Assembly: GCA_002269645.1 (NCBI GenBank)
Contig: NIVC01000918.1
Span: 1 to 29,120, forward strand
DNA: 29,120 bases
Direction: 5' to 3'
Origin: Macrostomum lignano
Taxonomy: Eukaryota
Under the pieces are notes generated by a model. The model had not been told where the DNA came from. It did not search any database and was given only the letters and a program-made list of their open reading frames with translations. Each line of letters starts with the position of its first letter. Position 1 is the first letter of the stretch. Both the position numbers and the translations under genes were made by a program. This document shows positions 1 through 11,902 of this stretch, piece by piece.

Positions 1-260
1 GTGTGTCAGTGTTCAGTGAGTCAGTGAGTGTGTCAGTTTGTGTCAGTGGTTCAGTGAGTCAGTTAGTGGTGTCAGTTGTGTGTCAGTGTTCAGTGAGTCA
101 TGAGTGTGTCAGTTGGTGTGTCAGTGGTTCAGTGAGTCAGTGAGTGTGTCAGTTGGTGTGTCAGTGGTTCAGTGAGTCAGTGAGTGTGTCAGTTGGTGTG
201 TCAGTGTTCAGTGAGTCAGATAGTGTGTCAGTTGGTGTGTCAGTGTTTCATGAGTCAGTA
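1..260. repeat. ~40-bp minisatellite (GTGTGTCAGTGGTTCAGTGAGTCAGTGAGTGTGTCAGTTG), truncated by the window start
   Basis: Unit visibly repeats about 6 times with small indels. Confidence 0.95.
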
Positions 261-912
261 AAATGTGTTGGTCTCTAGTTAGGAAAAACAACTGGAAATT
301 AGGGAACATCAAGAAATTTAACATACATATTGGTATACAAAAATTTATTTTGGGCTTTTGGTATATATGTTTAATAGTTTTGTGTATGATATATACCAAA
401 AATTAAAGAGTTATATTATCAATAATAGTTACAAGAGTTTTTTATACATACATCAGCATAAAATTTGATAACTTATTAACAAAAAAACTAATTTCTATGT
501 TTTTTACAAAGTAAGAGTTTGAATTTTAACAAAAAATGCACAAATTTTACTTTTGCTTTTTATGTATATAAAAAGTTATACAAATATAACTATTATATGT
601 ATGCATTGATGTGATATTTAAAGTTTGTTTTATTTTGGATTTTATTGGATTTTATGATGCTATTGCTACTACTACTCTAGTTGCAATATATAGTTATGTA
701 GTTGTAATAACAAATTATAGATATAAGCCTTGGAAAATTAGCTTTTTATGTAGTGCACACTTCAAAATTATGCTCAAATATTCCTATACAATTTGACACC
801 TTCCTGATTATAGAGGCAGGCTTGAATATAAATTGTGTCTAAAATTGCTATTTAAATGAATTGCAAAGTTGCCCAAATTAGTTGACAATTGTTATTGTTA
901 TGGGGATCATAT

Positions 913-1359
913 AATAGGTCAGCAAACGTTTTTAACTCAAGGGCCAGATAGGGAATTTAGCTCTTTTCTGTGGGCCACATGAGATTAGAAAGGGAAAGGA
1001 AGACAAAAGATAAGAAAAGACAGAAAAGATAGGGAATAGGATGAGAGAAAAGATAAAAGAGGAGAGAAGAGGGTAGAGGAATAGAGGGAAATGGAAAAAA
1101 GAGAGAAAAGAAGGGAGAGTAGAGAGAAGAGAGAGGGAGAAGAGAGAAGAAGAAGAGAGAGGGGAGAGAATAAGAGAAGGGTGAGGGGAAAAAAGAAGAG
1201 AAAGGAAAGGGGAGAGCAGAGAGAGAGAAAAGAAAGAGCTGAGCAGAGACACAAACCTTGAGTAGGCCAGATTGCCATTGTGAAGTTTCAAAAGAACCTT
1301 CAGATAGAGAGGCTTTGAAGGCCACGTATGGCCTGCAGGCCAGAGTTTGCCAACCCTTG
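913..1359. mobile_element. Degenerate hAT (Charlie/MER58-like) non-autonomous element with an internal GA-rich tract
   Basis: Right end GGCCTGCAGGCCAGAGTTTGCCAACCCTTG and left end AATAGGTCAGCAAAC...AAGGGCCAGA resemble Charlie-type termini. The ends form an imperfect inverted pair. No clean TSD. Confidence 0.5.
985..1250. repeat. Purine-rich (GA) low-complexity tract
   Basis: Almost exclusively A/G. It produces the spurious S/L/F-rich minus-strand ORFs. Confidence 0.9.
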
Positions 1360-2496
1360 ATATATAGTGAAATTGTTATTTTTATGTAGAAATCAAAATG
1401 GCTATTTGATATCACCATTGGTCCTAAGGACTATAGCCTCAGGTTAACTGTTGCAATATTATTTTGTATGCAAGATTGTATTATCTTGTTATCAAGTTGG
1501 GCTTATTTAGCGCTGGGGCAAACAATACGAGTAGTACAGGAGTGTCTGTGGGTAAACTAAATCAATCAGAATATAGAATAAGAAATAATTAATACATGAT
1601 AAATGCTTTGGTGCTGCTACAAGACAATAGCATTATTTACTCGATTTCAGGAAAATTAGATTAAGTTGTGGTCAGTGAATATGCTTATAAGTAGGCTTTT
1701 GTACTTTGTGTATGTGTGCGTGTGTGGGGGAGGGGTTCACAATGTCAAAGGCACCTTCCTTCACAATGCCGAAAAATACTGCATGGTTCTTGTTATATTA
1801 AGTTTTTTACTTTGATTTTTTGAGCTTTTAAAATTTCAACCTTGTGAAACTTACTGCTATTCAAGTTCTTGACGTGAAATTTCGGCCTGTTGAAGCTCCC
1901 CTTTGTATCAATTGTCCTTCTGTTCATCGTGAATAACTGTGTGTTGTTCTGCAATTCTGTGCAGCGATTTTGTAAAATCTTTAAATAATCAAGACAAACA
2001 GCAAGTGAAAAGTAAAAAATACTTTGCTCTGCTACACAATATCTTCTAAAGGCAAGCACTCGCTGCCTAAGAGTGAGGTTGTTGCTATGGTTCTAACAGC
2101 TTGAAAACCTATTATTCGAAAAGTATTTGCATTTACAGGAGCCAAAGATTGCAGGTCTGACTTGATTAATAAATTGACCAAATTCCAATATAGAAGAGAG
2201 AAGATTTTGAACTTCATCAAGAGTTGACTGGTTTTAATTGAGGCAAGAATTTCGAATTCAGGAAGCGTATTTGTTAAAATTAAAGATCGAAATTTAACTT
2301 TATCCACAGCCACAGATTCCGTTTCTTGATAAAATTAATTTCAAAAAACCGTTGGATGAGAAAAGAATGGATAAGATTTTGGAATGAGAAACTTCCAAGT
2401 CCAGACTTTTGGGGTATCTAGAAGTTCTATGAAAACTCCTTTTATCGCTAGGTTTACTACTGTAAGCAAGCGTTCATGTAAGTTGCAGAAGTTCTC

Positions 2497-4100
2497 TGTC
2501 ATAAGTTGACCGTGTCATAAGCTGGCAGTGTCATAAGCTGGCAGTGTCATAAGCTGGCAGTGTCATAAGCTAGCAGTGCCATAAGTTGACCGTGTCATAA
2601 GCTGGCAGTGTCATAAGCTGGCAGTGTCATAAGCTGGCAGTGTCATAAGCTGGCAGTGTCATAAGCTGGCAGTGTCATAAGCTGACCGTGTCATAAGCTG
2701 GCAGTGTCATAAGCTGACCGTGTCATAAGCTGGCAGTGTCATAAGCTGGCAGTGTCATAAGCTAGCAGTGCCATAAGTTGACCGTGTCATAAGCTGGCAG
2801 TGTCATAAGCTGGCAGTGTCATAAGCTGGCAGTGTCATAAGCTGGCAGTGTCATAAGCTGGCAGTGTCATAAGCTGACCGTGTCATAAGCTGGCAGTGTC
2901 ATAAGCTGGCAGTGTCATAAGCTGGCAGTGTCATAAGCTGGCAGTGTCATAAGCTACCAGTGTCATAAGCTGACCGTGTCATAAGCTAGCAGTGTCATAA
3001 GCTGGCAGTGTCATAAGCTGGCAGTGTCATAAGCTGGCAGTGTCATAAGCTACCAGTGTCATAAGTTGACCGTGTCATAAGCTGGCAGTGTCATAAGCTG
3101 GCAGTGTCATAAGCTAGCAGTGTCATAAGCTGACCGTGTCATAAGCTGGCAGTGTCATAAGCTGGCAGTGTCATAAGCTGACCGTGTCATAAACTGACCG
3201 TGTCATAAGCTGGCAGTGTCATAAGCTGGCAGCGTCATAAGCTGACCGTGTCATAAACTGACCGTGTCATAAGCTGACCGTGTCATAAGCTGGCAGTGTC
3301 ATAAGCTGACCGTGTCATAAGCTGGCAGTGTCATAAGCTGGCAGTGTCATAAGCTGACCGTGTCATAAGCTGGCAGTGTCATAAGCTGGCAGCGTCATAA
3401 GCTAACCGTGTCATAAACTGACCGTGTCATAAGCTGGCAGTGTCATAAGCTGACCGTGTCATAAGCTGGCAGTGTCATAAGCTGACCGTGTCATAAGCTG
3501 GCAGTGTCATAAGCTGGCAGTGTCATAAGCTAGCAGTGTCATAAGCTGACCGTGTCATAAGCTGGCAGTGTCATAAGCTGGCAGTGTAATAAGCTAGCAG
3601 TGTCATAAGCTGGCAGTGTCATAAGCTACCAGTGTTATAAGTTGACCGTGTCATAAGCTGGCAGTGTCATAAGCTGGCAGTGTCATAAGCTAGCAGTGTC
3701 ATAAGTTGACCGTGTCATAAGCTGGCAGTGTCATAAGCTGGCAGTGTCATAAGCTGGCAGCGTCATAAGCTGACCGTGTCATAAGCTGACCGTGTCATAA
3801 GCTGGCAGTGTCATAAGCTGACCGTGTCATAAGCTGGCAGTGTCATAAGCTGGCAGTGTCATAAGCTGACCGTGTCATAAGCTGGCAGTGTCATAAGCTG
3901 GCAGTGTCATAAGCTAGCAGTGTCATAAGCTGACCGTGTCATAAGCTGGCAGTGTCATAAGCTGGCAGTGTCATAAGCTAGCAGTGTCATAAGCTGACCG
4001 TGTCATAAGCTGGCAGTGTCATAAGCTGGCAGTGTCATAAGCTGACCGTGTCATAAGCTGGCAGTGTCATAAGCGGGCAGTCTCATAAACGCAGTTTCAT
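2497..4100. repeat. 16-bp satellite GTGTCATAAGCTGGCA, ~100 copies
   Basis: Strict 16-bp period with recurring variants (CTGACC, CTAGCA, CTACCA, TTGACC) and decayed edges. Confidence 0.98.
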
Positions 4101-4183
4101 AAGCGTTTCCTTTTTTAATTTATCCTACTCAGAAGTAGTCACACAGGAATTATAAGTACAATTTCTTCTATTCGTGCTTGCAG

Positions 4184-4726
4184 GACTCTTTGCAGGCGGA
4201 GCCGGGCAGTCCGCTGTCAGCCTCCGCTGCGGCCGATTCGTCGCGCTATCACCGGCTGACGCCGATATCCCCGATCTCACCTGACGACAACAACGATGAA
4301 GCCAATGACGCTGCCACTGACGTGGCTGTAGTAGGAGGCGACTCTACAATTGAGCATGAGCAGCTTGATCGTCAGCTGAGCAGCAGCGGCGGCGGAGTCG
4401 ATTCCAGCGACGTCGCGCATCCGGAGTACCGCGCCCTGCCGCCGTCCTTGGCGGAGCGGAGCACAGTTCTAGCCGACAAGGAGGTGTCGTTTTATAATCG
4501 GACTGACGCTGTCGCTACCGCCGCCCCAGCCAAATGTAACGCGGACGAGTTGGCAAGCGAATTGTCGACTCGAGCTCGGGACCTACTGGACGCGACCGCC
4601 TATGCCGAGCAAAACGAAGCGGCTAATAATGATAATAACAAATCGTTAGATAGCCGCAGTGCCAATGCTGACGCCAGTGCATCGTTTGACTACGATAGTC
4701 TGCGCCGGGATCTGGCCAGCATTCAG
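4184..4726 (+). CDS. ALMS1: ALMS1-like protein, first visible internal coding exon (upstream exons not identified)
   Basis: GC-rich open frame with acceptor TTGCAG|4184 (alternative in-frame acceptor at 4196) and phase-0 donor CAG|GTTAAC at 4726, matching the phase of the next exon. Confidence 0.7.
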
Positions 4727-4776
4727 GTTAACTCAGCGGTTTGAGCCTGTATTTTGACAGGGTTTTGGTTGAGTCA

Positions 4777-5440
4777 TAGAGTAGTTGAGTCATAAAGTAG
4801 TTGAGTCACAGAGAAGTTAAGTCACACAGTAGTTGGATCACAGAGTAGTTTAGCCACAGAGTAGTTGAGCCATAAAGTAGTTGAGTCATAGAGTAGTTGA
4901 GTCATAAGTAGTTGAGTCATAGAGTAGTTGAGTCATAAGTAGTTGAGTCATAGAGTAGTTGAGTCATAAAGTAGTTAGGTCAGGGGGGCCGTAGCCCAGC
5001 GGTAGCGCAGCTGCTCTGGTGTGCCAGCGACCCATGCTCGATTCCAAGTGCAGTCACATTAATTTGGGGCTGAATTGGAATCTCGGCTTGGCTCTGCTCG
5101 TGCAATTAACGGCCTTGAGAGCCAACCCCCCAAGGCCCAGTGAAGTGTACATGCCTAACGATAATATAAAGTTAGGGCCGCTGTACACTCCTGTGTGAGT
5201 GTGTGCCTGCGTACGTATCCGCGCGCTTGTGTGCCTGCTCAGGGGAGTCGGCGGAATGGGCAGTAATGCCTCTCGCCGGTTGTGTGCCTATGTCGCTTAA
5301 AGTGCGCCAGGGTGCACACAACCCCCCTGCCTCTAATAAAAAAGTAGTTGGATCATATGGTAGCTGAGTTATAGAGTAGTTGGATCATATGGTAGCTGAG
5401 TCATAGATTAGTTGGGTCATAGGATAGCTGAGTCATAGAT
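4777..5440. repeat. ~16-bp tandem repeat GAGTCATAGAGTAGTT, split by a SINE insertion
   Basis: The same unit occurs at 4777-4982 and, more decayed, at 5341-5440. Confidence 0.85.
4983..5343 (+). mobile_element. tRNA-derived SINE (~360 bp)
   Basis: tRNA-like head GGGGCCGTAGCCCAGCGGTAG with A-box TAGCCCAGCGG and B-box-like GCTCGATTCC. Unique body, 3' AATAAAAAA tail, and near-duplicated flank AAAGTAGTT(A/G)G(G/A)TCA. Confidence 0.8.
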
Positions 5441-5628
5441 TAGTTTATTTATTCCTCATCACGGTGTGATACCAATCCTGTCATGCACGAATTCAGGTGA
5501 ACCAGGTTGTGATTGGTTTCATTCTAACCGATAAATAAAAAATTGTTGAAATCTAAATATACTAAATCTATAAGGTTTGTTTTTATGCTTGTAATATTGC
5601 TAAAAGTGCAATATAATTAACGTTGCAG

Positions 5629-5917
5629 GCTAGACTAGCTAATCACGGATATCGGCTGCCATTAAGGCAGCATCAGCAGCCATTGTTGCAGTTGGATTTG
5701 CAGCAGCAGCTGCAGCATTTGAACTGGGGTGAATCTACTCAGCCTCGGCGACTCAAATGGGACTACGGCGCCGATTTGGGCGGTCGGCGGCCCGTTAGCG
5801 CCGCATTGGCGCCTCCGCCTAGGACAACGACGGCTGGTCCGGGATCGGGATTCCTGAGCAGTCCGAGTCCCGAATATGAGGGTGCTCGCAACTTAGCTGC
5901 TGCTGGCAGAACTTCCG
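5629..5917 (+). CDS. ALMS1: ALMS1-like protein, internal exon (contains RRLKWDYGADLG)
   Basis: Phase-0 acceptor GTTGCAG|5629 and phase-1 donor CCG|GTGCGT. The frame is continuous with both neighbouring exons. Confidence 0.75.
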
Positions 5918-5956
5918 GTGCGTGCCTGTGTCGGTTTAAGGGCTCGATTATGTTTT

Positions 5957-6498
5957 TGCTGCTAGGGTATTTCCCATGACGCTTTAGTTGCTAGGGTATT
6001 TCCCATGACGCTTTAGTTGCTAGGGTATTTCCATGACACTTTAGTTGCTAGGGTATTTCCATGACACTTTAGTTGCTAGGGTATTTCCCATGACGCTTTA
6101 GTTGCTAGGGTATTTCCCATGACGCTTTAGTTGCTAGGGTATTTCCCATGACACTTTAGTTGCTAGGGTATTTCCCATGACGCTTTAGTTGCTAGGGTAT
6201 TTCCCATGACGCTTTAGTTGCTAGGGTATTTCCCATGACGCTTTAGTTGCTAGGGTATTTCCCATGACACTTTAGTTGCTAGGGTATTTCCCATGACGCT
6301 TTAGTTGCTAGGGTATTTCCCATGACGCTTTAGTTGCTAGGGTATTTCCCATGACGCTTTAGTTGCTAGGGTATTTCCCATGACGCTTTAGTTGCTAGGG
6401 TATTTCCATGACGCTTTAGTTGCTAGGGTATTTCCCATGACGCTTTAGTTGCTAGGGTATTTCCCATGACGCTTTAGTTGCTAGGGCATTTCCTATGA
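5957..6498. repeat. 29-bp minisatellite GTTGCTAGGGTATTTCCCATGACGCTTTA, ~18 copies, intronic
   Basis: Near-perfect 29-bp period. Confidence 0.97.
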
Positions 6499-6663
6499 GG
6501 CTATGAAGGTATTTTTCTTGATGCTGAAGTTACTTAATACTCGTAGATTTCCTAACACGCTTCATTTGCTTTCGGTTGATTGTGACTTAGAGATATCTGG
6601 AGATATCAGAGATGACGAGGAATAAGTGGAACTAAAGTACACCGCGCACTGTAAACTCTGCAG

Positions 6664-8036
6664 CCGGCTGGATGAAACTCGGCGATGCAGAGCCGGATTC
6701 GGCCAGATGGGAGGAGGACGCAGTGGCAGCAGCGGCGGCGCCGGACTCGGCCAGGTCGCAGGACACCAGCGCCGACACTCGTGAGTCGACGCATCCGGGC
6801 TCGGACGACGCTCGGCCGCCGGGCTTCCCGGCCGAAGCTTTCGGCAGTCGCCGCTCGCCGCGAGGCAAATCCGCCACTGGCGCAGCCTCCGCTACTACAG
6901 CCAGAGCCAAAAGCTTGTTGTACGCCCGGAGTCCCCGCGATCCGCCGCCGCCTGAAGGCCTTCAAGCGGCCTGGGAACGGTTCCATCGGCAGGGCAGGCG
7001 GTCGGAGCTGCGCCGCCTTCGCCGCGTGCTGGCCGACCCTGTGCAGGCGCTGCTGCTGGACGTCCCCGATCGAGCAGTCGACTGGCCGCCGCAGGATTCG
7101 GCTGTCGCAGGCTTCGACGTTGACGACGACTCAGAGGTCGAAGTCGGCAGCTGCGGCGGCGGTGGTAGCGGCGTCGACGCGACGACAGCCGAGCTGCAGG
7201 CTGCGCTGCTCCGCCAGCGGGCTCGACTGCTGGAGGCGGTGGCCGCCGAACGGCGTCGCCGGGAACGAGTCGAAATTCTGCGCCGACTAATTCAACAGAG
7301 GCGTCTGGCCCAGTCTGTAGTTGCTATGGAAAGGACAGATTCGGAAGACGATCGCGAGGACACAACCGTTATTGATGACGCTTTGTCTACCGATCGCACA
7401 GACGCTACGCAGTCTCTCGACGAAATGACGCTTCCGCACTGCGCTGCCAGGGCCGCCGCTGCCATTGATAAAACCGTCGCTAAGGACGCTGTTGCTAAGG
7501 CAAAAGCAATCGACGGCGTCAGCTATAAGCTGAACGGTTCGAGAAGCCAAGCTAAGAAAGAGACTGCTAGTAACGGATCCTCCAAAGTGAAAAAGGTCTC
7601 GGTTGCTAAGGACGCTAATCTGGCTTCTACGGTTGCCGATGACAACGCTGTTGCTGCCAAGCCGCTTAGCTGGTTTCTGCCGCTGTCTAACAGCGCCGAC
7701 GCGGCCGAGAACTCGGCGGCTTGTCGACGTCAACAGCGGGCAGCGGTGCTGGCCGCCAGAAGCCGCTCCCGCCGCGATCGACTGCAGTCGGCGGCCGCAG
7801 CTCGGCAGGCCGTCGCCGATGCCGAGCTTCGCCTTCCGACGCCGCCGCTGACGCAGCCGCAACCGCCGCCGCGAACTGGGTCAGGCCGAGCGCACACGTC
7901 GTCGGTGTCGGCCACTGTCGCCGCCCGCCTGGAGCGGGAGCGCAGAGAAGCCGTCAAGAGGACCAACCGGTTGCGGAAGCAGATCTACGGCGAACGGCTG
8001 CTCCGGTCAGTGCTCAGCCGAGCCGCTGAGCATTGA
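6664..8036 (+). CDS. ALMS1: ALMS1-like protein, terminal exon with a degenerate C-terminal ALMS motif
   Basis: Phase-1 acceptor CTGCAG|6664 gives ...RTSAGWMKLG... and the stop TGA is at 8034-8036. Three motifs in colinear order match my recollection of ALMS1: LQAAWERF..LRRLRRVLADP (cf. LW..Y..RQ..LDRLAKILQNP), SWFLPL (cf. SWFVPV), and C-terminal NRLRKQIYGERLLRSVL (cf. RLRAQLYKKRVTNQLL). Confidence 0.65.
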
Positions 8037-8340
8037 AGTTATTTTTTAGAGAGCAAAAGACTTTATAAACTACTCGTATAAGTAGTAGAACACGCTGCTT
8101 GCTGTTTTATTAGTGATATTAGATCTTTGGAAAAATCAACCGCAGCTCAAAGGCAATTTATCATTAGAATAGATTTCTAGTATTATGGATTAAAATTGAG
8201 TTTAATATAGGCATTTTGCTTGAACTTTTTTGCCGAAATTTACACCTGTATTTTTGTTATATTATCGATTTTTCTGGTGCACTGTAGCATAAAAAATTAT
8301 TTTTACTCTTTAGGAGTGCTTTCTGTGTGATTCTAGATTT

Positions 8341-8868
8341 ACTGGGTGTGTGGAATAGGTGTGAGATTGTTGAGTACTGGTGTGTGGAACAGGTGTGAGA
8401 TTGATGAGTACTGGTGTGTGGAACAGGTGTGAGATTGTTGAGTACTGGTGTGTGGAACAGGTGTGAGATTGTTGAGTACTGGTGTGTGGAACAGGTGTGA
8501 GATTGTTGAGTACTGTGTGTGGAACAGGTGTGAGATTGTTGAGTACTGGTGTGTGGAACAGGTTTGAGATTGTTGAGTACTGTGTGTGTGGAACAGGTGT
8601 GAGATTGTTGAGTACTGGTGTGTGGAACAGGTGTGAGATTGTTGAGTACTGGTGTGTGTGGAACAGGTGTGAGATTGTTGAGTACACTTGTGTGGAACAG
8701 GTGTGAGATTGTTGAGTACTTGTGTGTGTGGAACAGGTGTGAGATTGTTGAGTACTGGTGTGTGGAACAGGTGTGAGATTGTTGAGTACTTGTGTGTGTG
8801 GAACAGGTGTGAGATTGTTGAGTACTGGTGTGTGTGGAACAGGTGTGAGATTGTTGAGTACTTGAGTG
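8341..8868. repeat. ~34-bp minisatellite GTGTGTGGAACAGGTGTGAGATTGTTGAGTACTG, ~15 copies
   Basis: Period of 34 with TG-dinucleotide length variants. Confidence 0.97.
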
Positions 8869-9321
8869 TAAAAAATCAGGCATTTTGAGTACAATGAATA
8901 TACATCATTTCTGTACTTACTATTTTAATTTGCAATAACTAAACTACTATATATATTTTCTCTTATTCCTGGCGCTCCATAGTTTTGAAACCCAAGCCAT
9001 TCTTAACCAACACTGCGTTACCCTTCCAGAATGCGAAATAGGCTAACACTGCAGGGCAGATTTTACAAGTCGTTATAAATTTACATCGCTACATACGAGT
9101 ATATTTATTAGTTATATTTGTACACTCGAACATTCGCACAAGCATTCACAATCATTAGTTTCCTTACAAGAACAAGAGTGAGCAACGTTATTCTTTTAAC
9201 AAATTTAACAAATGTTATCATTTCTGTATACCTGTTATTTTTCCTAATTATAAATAGTGCTTTCTTTGTTGCTTTATTTAATAGATGTGCTTTATTATCT
9301 TCTGTTGTGAGAGAATCCCAC

Positions 9322-10059
9322 TCCTTGACAATCTCCTTCCCTGACAATCTCCTTCCCTGACAATCTCCTTCCCTGACAATCTACCTTACCTGACAATCTC
9401 CCTACCTGACAGTCTCCCTGTCTGATAATCTCCCTGTCTGATAATCTCCCTCCTTGACAACCCCTCCACTTGAGAATCGCCCCACCTGAGAATCGCGCCT
9501 TGACTCACAATCTCTCCGAGAATCCCCATATTTTTGAGAATCGCCTTGCCTAACATTCCGTATCTGAGAATGGCAGCCCCCGAGAATCGCTCTACCTGAG
9601 AATGGCCCCACCTGAGAATCGCCCCACCTGAGAATCGCCCACCCACCTAAGAATCGCCCCATCTGAGAATCGCCCACCCCATCTAAGAATCGCCCCATCT
9701 GAGAATCGCCCACCCCATCTAAGAATCGCCCACCCACTGAGAATCGCCCCATCTGAGAATCGCCCACCCACCTGAGAATCGCCCACCCACCTGAGAATCG
9801 CCCACCCACCTGAGAATCGCCCACCCACCTGAGAATCGCCCACCCACCTGAGAATCGCCCCATCTGAGAATCGCCCACCCACCTGAGAATCGCCCACCCA
9901 CCTGAGAATCGCCCCATCTGAGAATCGCCCACCCCATCTGAGAATCGCGCCTTGACTCACAATCTCCCTAAGAATCGCCATATTTTTGAGAATCGCCTTG
10001 CCTAACACTTCGTATCTGAGAATGGCAGCCCCCGAGAATCGCTCTACCTGAGAATGGCC
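9322..10059. repeat. Compound minisatellite: 17-bp CCTTCCCTGACAATCT-type units grading into 15-18-bp CTGAGAATCGCCCACCCA units, with a ~120-bp block duplicated (9486-9607 and 9938-10059)
   Basis: Shared core CTGA(C/G)AATC throughout. The two 120-bp blocks are nearly identical. Confidence 0.93.
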
Positions 10060-11783
10060 CTGATGCAGCGCAAGGAAGCGCCTTTAAATATTGAAGTCAA
10101 TTTGCGTTTTTTGGAATTGCAGCCTCTGTCTACTCTAAAGCACTGTGCTTGGCGCACCTCGCTTTTTAAAAATCTAATTGAGTTGCTCAGCCCGCAGGGT
10201 GCAAGGTCTCAGCTCGCTCGTATGCAAGAGCAACACAACACGAATAGTATTTTGCTTGCATTTTCCGTCACGTTTCCTACCTAAACTTCTGCTTATAACC
10301 GTCCTTTATACTTTATTTCTTTCTACCTTTATAATTATAAATACGCTAATTTTCTTGTATAGCTACAATTTTATGTGCATATATTTCTCCTGTAAGCTTT
10401 TAATTATTCATAGGTCGTGCAATTGGCGGCAAATTTACTTTTAATCTCAGTGTACATTTAAACATCTAAATATAACTGTGATTTGAAAGAAAATAACCCT
10501 CGTGTTTTTATTTGGGGCTTGCTTGAGTTGGGCTATCAGCCTGATGCAATTTGGCATGCATGACAGGTCCGCCAGTGTTTGGTTATTTATTATAATGGAG
10601 TCTGCCTTAATGAGCTATTTCATCGATGAAATTACTTGTCGATTGGGCAATGCTTATGCTTAGTTTACGTTAGTAACCTTTCGTTCTACGAGTGCGACAG
10701 TGTCTAGGAATATTATTTGATTTTCTGCATTCAACATGCGCAGATTTTGCAACTTGTTTTGCGTAGGCAAACAATTAAAAATTAACAGAATCTCGGTTTC
10801 AATTTGGTTTGATACAAGAGAAATTAGTACATTTACAAGTTGCCAGAATTTTTAGAAAATTCCATTTTAAAACTTGTTTTAAGTGTAACTCGTGCGCACT
10901 GCGCAGCTAAAGTAGCTCGTAATACTTCTTTTGAATTGAATTCAACGCAAATGGCTTTTATATATTACTAGCTACAGTACTACACTGCTGCTTGATTGGC
11001 TGTGCTCATCAAGTATTAAATATATTTAGTCGGCACGGTCTTTTCTTGGCCATTTGCATTTTTGGCTACAGCCTGTGAAGCACGAGCTGCTGGCTACTTT
11101 AACATCAGCAGTAGAGGTAGAGAAAGAGATAGAGAAGGCATTACTCGGGGTCCTCGGACCCATTGGCGTGGTGTGGAGGTGAGTCACTGAGTCGAGAAAG
11201 GTGCACCGTACCGTCTCCCTCCCTCCCTGTCCATACCATACCATTGCTTTAACATAAAACTACTATATTCACCCCTAACATTTAAATTGAAAGGGCCCTA
11301 CACCTACAAGCCAACCCCCTACGGGCCACGGCGCCGTCGTAAAGTGAACAGGTTTTATTGATCGTCGCAGCACACTGCTACTTGCCCTAAGAAACAGTAC
11401 GGGGGCGCCTATGGGGGTAGGTGGGGGTTTGGAGGGTTTCACCACCGCTTGGCGGGGTTGTCTGTCTGTCCCACCCGCTCTTATCTTCTCACCAAAGAAC
11501 AGCCGGCCCGCGTACATTCAAACCCCCACCCCTCTCAACTCTCCGCGATTGCAAATGTGGGGGGCGTGCGGGCTGCCTAATAAAATTTGTTTTGCCCTGG
11601 GGGAGTGAGGAATATCGGACTTAGCTCTACGGAGAGAGCAAGAAAGAGCTTCTCTTTTCTTCACCCGATTGCTTTAGTAGTTTTTTGCCACCACCCCGTC
11701 GCGGCCGTCCGTCTTCTCAGTTTGTTTGTTGTTTGGCCGGTCTCTTCCTGCCCTTGACAGGAAAGCAACCTGTATACGAGCCG

Positions 11784-11793
11784 TATATATATA
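11784..11793 (+). promoter_or_regulatory. TATA-like element upstream of plastin exon 1
   Basis: TATATATATA about 110 bp before the plastin ATG. Positional evidence only. Confidence 0.4.
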
Positions 11794-11902
11794 GTCTACT
11801 AGACTTGACCAAAGAATAAGACAAACCTTACCCCATCCACGGTGCTCGATTTCCACAATATACGGCTGCACAGCGGAATCGTCTAATTTTAAAGCCTAGA
11901 TC

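Noticed and set aside
1421-1431. GGTCCTAAGG, resembling the bacterial 23S / I-CeuI site
   Set aside because: Only 10 bp match and the flanks do not extend it; consistent with chance.
1793-2460. Protein-looking stretches with scattered stops on both strands
   Set aside because: No recognisable domain. They could be decayed transposon or upstream ALMS1 sequence, but I cannot support either.
2497-6498. Regular short repeats superficially like CRISPR arrays
   Set aside because: No unique spacers, no cas genes, and a eukaryotic intron context.
6606-8029. Overlapping alternative-frame and antisense ORFs within the ALMS1-like exon; similar shadows overlap plastin exon 2 and the ARF exons
   Set aside because: Expected by-products of GC-rich coding sequence with few stops.
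8257-10008. Repetitive ORFs over the 34-bp and GAATCGCCC arrays
   Set aside because: Translations simply mirror the DNA repeat. No splice context or protein family signal.
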